Assembly (NCBI GenBank): GCA_905331295.1
Contig: CAJNYD010000596.1
Location: forward strand, 1 to 64,000
DNA length: 64,000 nucleotides
DNA from: Rotaria socialis
Lineage: Eukaryota
Reading direction: 5' to 3'
Shown here one piece after another: positions 54,772 through 64,000 of the stretch. The position numbers and the translations under genes are program-made. How positions within the stretch are numbered: position 1 is the stretch's first letter; each line of letters opens with the position of its first letter. Under the pieces are notes generated by a model. That model searched no databases. It was not told the DNA's origin and worked only from the letters and a program-made list of their open reading frames with translations.

Positions 54772-57477
54772 TCAAGGTTTTGAAGAGATTCTGTTCGGAT
54801 CAACACCGAGTTTTTTCGCTCGAGATCGTGCTGCTTTAGATCTTGATTTCACCATTGGAATAAAAAGAATAGAGAGAATTTCGATGTCTGCAGGATTCTG
54901 TAGGCGCCATTCAATTTTTTCAATCTCATCATTCGCTTTAGCAGTATAAGATTTAACTGTTGATGGAAAGGCACGATAAGATTCACTCTTGACAGCACAT
55001 TCTATTACAGGAAAAAGACATTCATCATCGTACGTGAATGTTACAGCATAGCATGGATCCGAACAATAATGAATACTTGGACTGATGAATATGGCGTTGC
55101 AAAAATCGGCGACACCAAATGCTGAGATACCTCGAGCAATATGATTACTGGGAGGGATGACACGCAATCCACTCGAGACTACAGTACTTGGCATTACGAA
55201 TCCATCCATAAGGATTGAACGAATAACTTGAATCTTCGTTCCATGATAAGCGATATGCGGAAACACACGGGCATTGTGTTCACGAATTTTAAGACAGCGA
55301 CAAGGCACAGGATCTTGACGTGATATGAGTGGTTTACCAAGAGTATTCTGAAGAAACATGTCGCCAGGAAGACTGAGTAGAGAGGGAATAATTTCTATAG
55401 TTTTTATGAATGCGTGAACGCCATCAATCAAAGGTAAACTTGTGTCTCGACTATTAGAAGTAAACCAATATGCTGAAGATTGAGTCCAAGTGTATAGTTG
55501 TGCAGTAGTTTCACCAGTAAAGGTTACCGTTGGCATTTTATTGAGACGATTTTCATGATTACTATATCGTGTTTTGAACATACCAATACATCCTTCTAAA
55601 TAAAAGGACTGAAAATCTGGTGGAAAAATGTAATTAACATAGAGAGTTACACTATTCTCCACACATTCAGGCGGAAAAATAAATGATAAGTTTTTTATTT
55701 TGATAGTTTGTGACTCATCTTTTATAGGTCTAATTTTAATTTTTGCCGTTTCAGAGATCTCGTCGAACTTTTTGTGAAACTCACGTACACTAAGATAAGG
55801 AAGTTCGGGGCCCATAACATGACCACTATGAGTATATCGTGCTGATTCATGAGCCGTAACACAGAGTGGCAATTCAATAAATTTTGTTTTTCCGTATCGA
55901 GCACGACATACCGTTGAAACCACTGGGATATCATCGGTGTTAATATTTAACGGACGTCGAGCCATTGAAAAGTGTGTATAGATCTTGCGTAATCTTTCGG
56001 GCATAGACTCTATAAGTTCAGCAAATGTGGCATTACAGGGTAACTGTAATTTGACTAATGGTTCATTTCCATAACTAGTACCATCTCCGAAAAGGTGCAC
56101 AGAAATAAATCTATTTTCTTTCATGTTTTGTCGGTATTGCTGTAAGAGTTTTTTCATGTCATCCGATCGGGCTTCTTCGAAGACAGTAGCACCATATTTA
56201 TTCCGAAGGTTTACATCTGCACCATAATTCAATAGTAATTCAACAGTAGATATATGTCCATGATAAACTGCACCATGCAAAGATGTGCTTAGCGATCCAT
56301 CACGAATTCGCATATTGATATTAGCACCGTGCTCCAAAAGCCATTGGGCTACAGCTGTTTTACCATAGCGACAAGCAACATAGAGTATGGTTACACCAGC
56401 AGTATTCGTCGCATCGGGCGACTTATCACCGAAATGATATTGAAACCACCAATCGACACCCTCTGCCGCCATTTTGAACATGTCTTCGTTGCGTATCGAT
56501 TCAAAGATCCTTTTTACCGATTCTCCTTGAATAGAACCTTCTTGTTCAGCGGTCATACCCCATCTATTAGTGAGCGATGGATTGGCACCATTATCGAGAA
56601 GATATTTGATGATAGAACGACTTTTAGCATGTGCCGCCAAATGTAAAGCTGAATTTAAGTTGATATCAACAACGTCTAGATTGCACTTTTTTTTTGCCAC
56701 GAGCCACTTAACAAGATCTTTATGACCTTTTTTACTAGCACAATGTAATAACGTTTGCGATAGGGTATGATATTGATAATCTGGATGCGGGAGATTTTCG
56801 GCATTGATCTTGAACCAATCAAGCTGATCTGCTGCTGCTTGCACGTAAGGATCTTTTTTCAATTCGGTAAAAGAATTCCTGACAGCGCTATTCAAAGCCT
56901 CATCTTCAGCTAGATTACCATATGCATTTCGCTGACAATAGTTAGCTCCACTTTCTAGTAAGCATAGAACCACATCTGGATGTCCATAGAAAGAAGCAAC
57001 GTGCAATGCAGTGCTTTTTGATCGTTGTTTGAGATCTGGATCTGCACCGCATTCCGTTAAATAGCGAACTGCTTTCACATTACCAGCACGGGCAGCACAA
57101 TAGAGGGGCGTCTGGCCAGTTTCGGGATGCTGAGAATTGATTTCTCTCAGTGTTGCATTTTGACAACGATTCTCCAATAGAGAGAAAAGATTAGGTTCAG
57201 CGACTATTTGCTGTAGTGTGTAATGCTCGACAGGAATATGAAATTCCCATTTCTTTGTTTGCTCATACCTTTTTCGTTTATCAGGGTTTGATAACGTTTC
57301 GTAGGCGCGGCATACGAGTCGAAAAGTTTCGATAGAGATCGTTTGTTGTCCAGCTGGTTGCAATTGATCCTGTTTGAATTCTAGGATTTTTTGACGAAAA
57401 ATGTTAGTTAAATTTTTGTCTACATCCGTCTCATGAATACAGAGTACTTGATATGGCGTACGGTTTGTCGTTTCCAT
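54772..57477 (-). CDS. 901-aa intronless protein: degenerate J-domain, ankyrin clusters, NEURL4/PARP-like ADP-ribosyltransferase-fold domain
   Basis: PYQVL...FRLVCRAYETLSNPDKRKRYE (J-like, no HPD). Ankyrin repeats GQTPLYCAA, STALHVAS, QTLLHCAS, NSALHLAA, VTILYVAC and TSLHGAV. C-terminal AYHGT...IFISPSIHY...IEWR. Confidence 0.85.
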   Translation of the reverse strand: METTNRTPYQVLCIHETDVDKNLTNIFRQKILEFKQDQLQPAGQQTISIETFRLVCRAYETLSNPDKRKRYEQTKKWEFHIPVEHYTLQQIVAEPNLFSLLENRCQNATLREINSQHPETGQTPLYCAARAGNVKAVRYLTECGADPDLKQRSKSTALHVASFYGHPDVVLCLLESGANYCQRNAYGNLAEDEALNSAVRNSFTELKKDPYVQAAADQLDWFKINAENLPHPDYQYHTLSQTLLHCASKKGHKDLVKWLVAKKKCNLDVVDINLNSALHLAAHAKSRSIIKYLLDNGANPSLTNRWGMTAEQEGSIQGESVKRIFESIRNEDMFKMAAEGVDWWFQYHFGDKSPDATNTAGVTILYVACRYGKTAVAQWLLEHGANINMRIRDGSLSTSLHGAVYHGHISTVELLLNYGADVNLRNKYGATVFEEARSDDMKKLLQQYRQNMKENRFISVHLFGDGTSYGNEPLVKLQLPCNATFAELIESMPERLRKIYTHFSMARRPLNINTDDIPVVSTVCRARYGKTKFIELPLCVTAHESARYTHSGHVMGPELPYLSVREFHKKFDEISETAKIKIRPIKDESQTIKIKNLSFIFPPECVENSVTLYVNYIFPPDFQSFYLEGCIGMFKTRYSNHENRLNKMPTVTFTGETTAQLYTWTQSSAYWFTSNSRDTSLPLIDGVHAFIKTIEIIPSLLSLPGDMFLQNTLGKPLISRQDPVPCRCLKIREHNARVFPHIAYHGTKIQVIRSILMDGFVMPSTVVSSGLRVIPPSNHIARGISAFGVADFCNAIFISPSIHYCSDPCYAVTFTYDDECLFPVIECAVKSESYRAFPSTVKSYTAKANDEIEKIEWRLQNPADIEILSILFIPMVKSRSKAARSRAKKLGVDPNRISSKP

Positions 57478-60400
57478 ACTAAATAGTTTGCTTTTTTTCA
57501 GACGAAACTAATCAATAGCAATGATAAAGTCATAAAATAAATTTCCAATCAACTAAGAACAATTCTTAGATGCAGTCAAATAGTAAAATTAGCCAATTCA
57601 AAAACTACAAATATAATAAACACGTACTCAGTTGTTAATAATCGATGGTACAATCTCCCAAAAATTTCAAAAGATTACTGCTTGTCCACATAACGCGCTA
57701 CTTTTCTAATCAAGTTTTAATAGGTTTTTTCGATACGGACAATCTAAGAGTATTTTCTGGTATAATTTTTTTATGTTGATTGTGAATTTGGACTTTTTTC
57801 TTAACAAAATTGAGTTTTGACATCGAAAACGCGTTTTAAAGTTTTCAAAAATCGTATTTTCAATTTTCTTACCAAGAAATTTAAAACAGAAATGCAGACT
57901 AATATACCGTTCGATAGAGAATTTGATTCTCTACAAAATGGCCTATTTTATTTTTATTCTCATTCCTCAGAACAACTTCTAAGCTCTTGTACAGTTTCTA
58001 ACTTACTGTACAATTATTGAGCTCCTATTTCAATGTCGCAACTTGATTTCTTTTATAAAAGGATATATGTACGGCAGTAATCAATACATATAAACATTAA
58101 AAAATTTTCAACATGTGAAGTGCTTCAAATTTGGTTGACAAAAACATGTGTCACAGCGTTACGTTTAGACTAGCCAATTATACAGTTTTTTTGTGACACT
58201 TAAAAACCAGTTTCTTCTATAATTACAATCGGTTTAATCCTATCAAACACAATTTCTGAGGAAGAAAAAAAGCAATGGATTATTTCCGATTACATAATCA
58301 TTAATCTACGAATATCATGTGTTTGATAGCTTTACTATGTAGTTTCACACTCAAAATACTTTTTTTTATGCATGTAGTATCCAATACAGTACAAATAGAG
58401 ATGTGAGTTGTTAAGTTGCAAGTTAATACTAAAAAAATGAACACACCCTCAAATTGGCTAATTTACCGAACAAAAAGAGTACATTTGAAAATTAAGGATG
58501 GAACTATGCAAAATCTCATTCAAGGAATATTCGCAGATAAACATTACCATATTTCATATAATAGAAAAACAGAGTTTTGTCTGGAATCGTTAATGACTTA
58601 TGATACAACAACGATAGCCAGTTTACATTTAGAAGTAATTTTCAAAGCTAACGTAAAAACAAAAATTGAATTAAAATTAATTTGTAATAGGTTATTATCA
58701 AAAATATTAAAATTCCATTAATTGTTCTGGCTAATATCGACTAAACACATAAAATACAATCGATTCTTATTAAAAATGAGTCAAAACAATGAATGAAATT
58801 TTAATATTTGCGATTTCTGCTTGATCATAAATTATTCTTAATCGAATAGTCACGGAATTCTTCTCTACACCAATTGCACAAGTGAAATAATGATTAGCGA
58901 AAAATTTGTAACAATATCGTCTGGAGTAGTTTGTAAAAACGTTTATCCGATCGAACTAACCACTCACGATTTTTCGTATGATAAAGTCTTGTAAACGCAC
59001 ATTTGATCTCACGATAGAGATCTATATCTAATAGAATTCGATCGCGTCCAATTAGATTTCATTTTCTAATGTTGAGTTCTATGCTAGATGAGTACGTTAA
59101 ATTAAAAATAATAAGGCAAACATTTCGACATAGGTACAGAACGACTGACACATGAAACAGAGTAGACCATTTGTACATGTCAATGGAAATCTTCCCTGTA
59201 TCAAACATAATAATCGTCAGAATTGAACAAAATACCCTATTGAAATGTTTATTGCAAGCTCTACATTCTATGCATCTGTCTGTTACAATGTTAGGTAGCA
59301 TAGTTAGGGTTCAAATAACTCACAATACTCTTCTGCCATCATTTACGATCCTACTTTTCCAATTTTTTTGATTGCGACGAGTCAAAATAATATCATAAGT
59401 TGAAAGCTACCTACTTTTATGGTGGTATATGCAGGTAATCGGAAAGAAAACAGGTAGGCAAGAAAAACTGATCATTTATACAAGTAAACATCGATATAGA
59501 AGAAAAAAAACAAAGAAGAAAAGCATGACAGAAACTGCATCATTACTAGATAAAAATAAAATGAAAAAAAAACAGGGAGAAATGGTAAGAGAGCAATCAT
59601 GCGAAGCTTCCTCGTCAACAAATGGCGTTTGAGACATTTGAAACTGTGAATTAAATGTTAACAAAAGCTCGTACCATAAAAAGCATCATAGTCATTTGTA
59701 GAATATAGAATTGATAAGTAGTTGTGTAATTCATTGTAGTCGACGAGCTACTGTATTATTGAATAATTCATAGAACGTTAAGTCCTTCAGAAATCATGTG
59801 CAGTTGTTTAAAAAAAAAAGAAATTTGATGTGAGTTTTCTAGAATTGTTTCGGATTTCTATATTATCATATTTTTAATTCGAGAACTAAAGAAAATTACT
59901 AAATATCCATTGCTTAACTATGAAATATTGTATTGATCTAATTCTGCAGAGTACTTAATAATCAAATGCGAATATTAGTTATGTTATACATAGCCAACCA
60001 GTTTAACTATTTCTAGTCTTACTGATAGAACTAAATCTGTTATTCCATTATTTATATTACTAATAAAAAACAGCATCAAAATTATGAATTTTGTTTGTGA
60101 CGGTTGAGTGATGAAAAACTAACTACTGAATACATAGTCATTTGATAAAATCATCTATTATATTTGATCATATCATCGCTACGAAAATTTGCTCGGACGG
60201 AAGCTGTCTTTTTGTTGATTTCAATCTTAATTGGCAACTGACTCATGATAACTTTGTTTTCGTTATAACTTCATAGCTGATGGTCCCTATGTATCAACAT
60301 TTCAGTTTTACAAGCAACGCAAAATTCACGGCTCTCGACCAAACTTGAGTATATTTCATGATCGATAGTTGTTTTGATTAAGAAAAGACTGAATTGAAAA

Positions 60401-61035
60401 TATTTTTCTGCACTAATTGTATTGCACTTTTTTCAATCTGTATATTGTGAATCACGGTGAATTCTGTCACAAAGAACAAGTACAAATCATAGCATGTGAA
60501 CCTTCGAGAATTTACGAGAAAAAAAACGGTTTGAGCCAACGAACACAAGTACTACTTCACAATCTACAGAAATTAGATGCGCTACAACAGAGTAAGAGAA
60601 TTGATTTAGTCATATCTTACATTGATATTTACTGCGACGCTAGCTCTACAGACTATCAAGAATTACCAACAAAAACAAAGGGAACTGTTTATCGACGAAA
60701 GACGCTTTAAGCTTATCACTATCGTCTGAATTCAGATCGAAGATTTCTGTTCTGGTCCCCGAAAACACCAAAGTTCCAGCATCTAACACGTTTTTACCTA
60801 TTTGTCATTTTTCTCTTTATCTGTTAAGTTTGATCCAAGTAAAAACGAAACGTCAATTATTTACGCTGAAAATTTACTTTCAACTTGCACAACAATTTTT
60901 GAAAACTCATGTTTGCTCCTGTGTTATCTTTGTTGGCAAAAATATCGAAACTAACTATTTACATAAAGTAGTTAAGTACGTGATTCATGCCTGTGCTAGA
61001 CTGTGTCTGAGGACTAAATGATCATAATTCATTGA

Positions 61036-61558
61036 TTTATAATTTTCCCTAGACTGAAAGGATAGGGTCTAGAAGCCGTAATTCACCTGTGTCTGTCTGC
61101 CTGTCTGTAGCAATAGTACAAATGACCATTTCTGTGGTACAAACCATGGATGGGTGCATGACATGGCCACGTAAAACAGTCCGCTCTGGAGATCGGGCGA
61201 GTGGAGGGGCGAGCTGATTCTCTACGGAATTTTGAGCTAACCATCACGAAATTTCTGAACCATATATTTTTGTAGATAGGTAAGAGTCAGACTCTGCCCT
61301 CCTTAAGGACCTTTGAGTCCCATTTTGTCCGTCTTTCGTCTTCACTTTCAGTGCTTTTACTTGAGATCTTTAATTTTCGTCTAATTCTTACCTCAATTTC
61401 ATTTATTCCCACTCCCTTTACAGGCCTGTTTGAAAATATCATCACCAGCTGCTCGCACGAACAACCGATTTCCTGTCCTGTCCATGCATTTGTTCTCCTC
61501 AGCACTGTCAGCCTAGGGCCCAGTGAGTCGACTTTCGGTGCCGATGAACGTTACTTGT
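61036..61558 (+). mobile_element. Helentron-associated non-autonomous element (HINE/DINE-1-like), copy B
   Basis: Sub-TIRs CCCTAGACTGA / TCAGCCTAGGG, (CTGT)n, end GTTACTTGT. Ends are homologous to 3080-3712. Confidence 0.7.
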
Positions 61559-63431
61559 GAGTATTGATAATAAATTTTTCATTTCGTACTATTGAATCTC
61601 GTTCGATTCTGCTTGTCTAATTGTAATTGGCAGATTTAACTACACAGTTTAAACTAATTACTGAAAATCTTCCAAAATATTTCGACTTCAATAGAATCTT
61701 CGAAGACTCTAAATATTGTCTAATGCCGATTTACCGAAGATCATTCGTACAGTACCCATATCATTATAATAATAAATCCTTATGAAAATTAAAGGTGCTT
61801 TTTAGGATTATCTATTTTCATCAATTTAGCGCTGGATTTTACTGATGATCGCTTATCATCTACTATGCTTCAAACTTTTGTGTTTTAAACGATGTCGTAT
61901 CGAGCCAGGAATCTTAAATAGAACTAATTACTGAAAGCAATATATATAGAATGTTTGAAAAGAAACAAGCCCGAGATATGAATTCGACAAGATTCAGTAA
62001 GAAGCAATGAGTGAGACATAAATTAGAGATGAAATGAATTTTTTCAAGCTTCTATGAACGAAAGAAATTAATACTCACAGAAACATTTTCGTGTTTTTAA
62101 CAGCATACAAGTTGGTTAATAGATACTATCTTCGATTTATATTTTTTGCTTGACCGTCTCTTGATAACACAATAATTCTCTTTCTCATGGAGATGAAATT
62201 ATATCTGCATTAACTTTCTAATGACGAAATGCTTGCTTTTATGATTAATATAGATTATATTTTGTTTTACGACAAAATTTTAGCGCAAAACTGATATATT
62301 GAGACTACAACAATCCAGGAATTAAAAGGTATTAAATTGACTTATTGCATTGTTTTTTTAAATATGAAACGAATTCATAATATTCATGTATAAAAATGAA
62401 AATAATTTAGTGGTTAGTGGGAGAAAAATCGAACAATTTCTAAAATATTCTATGGTGCCATTTTTGACGTTATTATTCATACTCAATGTAAGTTGAACCT
62501 ATTGTATTAGCTTGTTAGTCTTCGTAATACATTTCAAGAGTAAACTTGAATTCTGAAAATTCTACTATCAGGTATTATAAAATTAAACTAAATTGATATA
62601 ATCTAAAAGCAAGCCAAATCATTTTATTCAGTAGGTAAATAAAAAGATCATATAATCAATCTATGAAACAATGAGCGATGGATTGAATGATGACACAAAT
62701 GCTTCGAAAACGATAAATTTATTTCATGAAATAAAAACTGATGGTACTGAGTCAAGTTGTTTGTGATTTATAATTGTGCTCTTCAAACTTCATATCAAAT
62801 AGATGCTTATTCAATATCTCAACTGATAGCTGAGAAAATTTCTGAATCTGTTCTTATTGATAAATAAAATTCAGTGTGTTAATCTACAGTTTAATAAATT
62901 CAGATAAATAATATTCACATTTTTCACTTGGAAAAATTTACTTTGAGGAAATTTTGTTGATATTTTTTATGAAGCAATTTTCAATTATTTATTAATTCGA
63001 AGGTCACTGTTATGGTTTCAATGGAATGAGTATTAAAGCCATCGAAGTTCATCGTCAAATGCCATGCAAATTCATAAGTGAATCCGCTTATGCTTCTGTC
63101 TGCAATTCATGTTCACATTCGTGGCTTTTAATGAAGTTCATTCTATGTAAAAATAGATTCAAATGAAAACACACAGAAAATATTCTGTTATCTTAGATCA
63201 AATATTATCTTTGAAATCTAGAAAACATCTAGAATATTTTTTTTAGATTGCTTAACTAAGTCGGACATCGCTGTTGAGTGCAGTAAGCGTGTTGACTCGT
63301 GAATTTTATAGATTCTCATTCACATATGTCAACAATGTACAACTATCATCTTTTCGATATTTTCATATTACATGATAAATCGTCTAAAATTTGAATCGTG
63401 AAACTATCAATATCGATTTATGTATATTTAT

Positions 63432-64000
63432 CAGCGCTGGAACCGGTTCCGGACCGGTTCAGAAAGTCAACTGGGCCGGCAAATACCGGAAAATCACCGG
63501 TTGAAATTTTAAAATAACTATCTTCATTTAGCTCTATAAACACAAGCAATACATTTCATTTTCTTTCACAGTAAAGAGAAATCAACGAAAGCGCGACAGC
63601 AGATCAATTTGGTTGGCCGATGCACTCTATTTTATTGACAGTGTTATTCTTTTTATCATACATAGTTGTAAAAATACTATTTGATAATAAAATCTGAAAC
63701 GTCTATCTTTTATTTTCTACAGATTTGTTGATAGCTTTAATCATATTTCATCAAGAAGGTAAATTCTCTAAAGTATATTTTCAAATACTTTTCCTTAGAA
63801 GCTTCATCGGAAAATTTAGAGTATTCAGCTATCAGCATTCATAATGTGAGGAGCTGAGTCATACGATTTGAATAGGTCTATTTAACCATTAACTAACTGA
63901 TATCATTGCTGGAACTCACTCTACCAGTTTTTATCGTATTTTGGCTATCTGAAATAATTTTCAAGGAATTAACTCCATTAGTTGTTGTCCGATTTGCCGG
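63432..64000. mobile_element. Probable hAT-like MITE left end, running off the window
   Basis: CAGCGCTGGAACCGG start with clustered ACCGG motifs in an AT-rich background. CCGG reappears at the window end. Confidence 0.45.

Noticed and set aside
54088..58452. CAGGGTGT...ACACCCTC as TIRs mobilising the J*-ANK-ART gene
   Set aside because: The match is only about 7 bp, does not extend, and has no shared TSD.
57817..61021. Several 60-100 aa ORFs in the gene-poor right end
   Set aside because: No motifs or consistent splice chain, as expected by chance in AT-rich DNA.

Overview
AT-rich eukaryotic animal DNA with many short (about 50-65 bp) GT-AG introns. Gene style and composition suggest a bdelloid rotifer, but this is inference. 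Apparently intact genes: a secreted uncharacterised protein, nicalin, a vezatin-like protein, a coiled-coil protein, an ankyrin/SOCS-box protein, an NCS-family EF-hand protein, XPNPEP3, MCTP and TFAP2. There is also an intronless 901-aa protein with a degenerate J-domain, three ankyrin clusters and a NEURL4/PARP-like ADP-ribosyltransferase-fold C-terminus. Four genes look decayed in place: a GH30 glucosylceramidase, an I13 protease inhibitor, HSP70 and RUVBL2. Non-autonomous transposons with readable ends include a Helitron, two Helentron/DINE-like copies, several hAT MITEs with 8-bp TSDs (one carrying a nested palindromic MITE), an LTR-PBS-gag relic and an RTE 3' end. The two best leads are the J*-ANK-ART protein and a hAT MITE in the GH30 exon whose TSD/TIR junctions create a frame-preserving GT...AG intron (Introner-like geometry). 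Single Ns at 20760 and 27692 and G/C homopolymers mark likely assembly joins. Exon boundaries were read by eye and are approximate.
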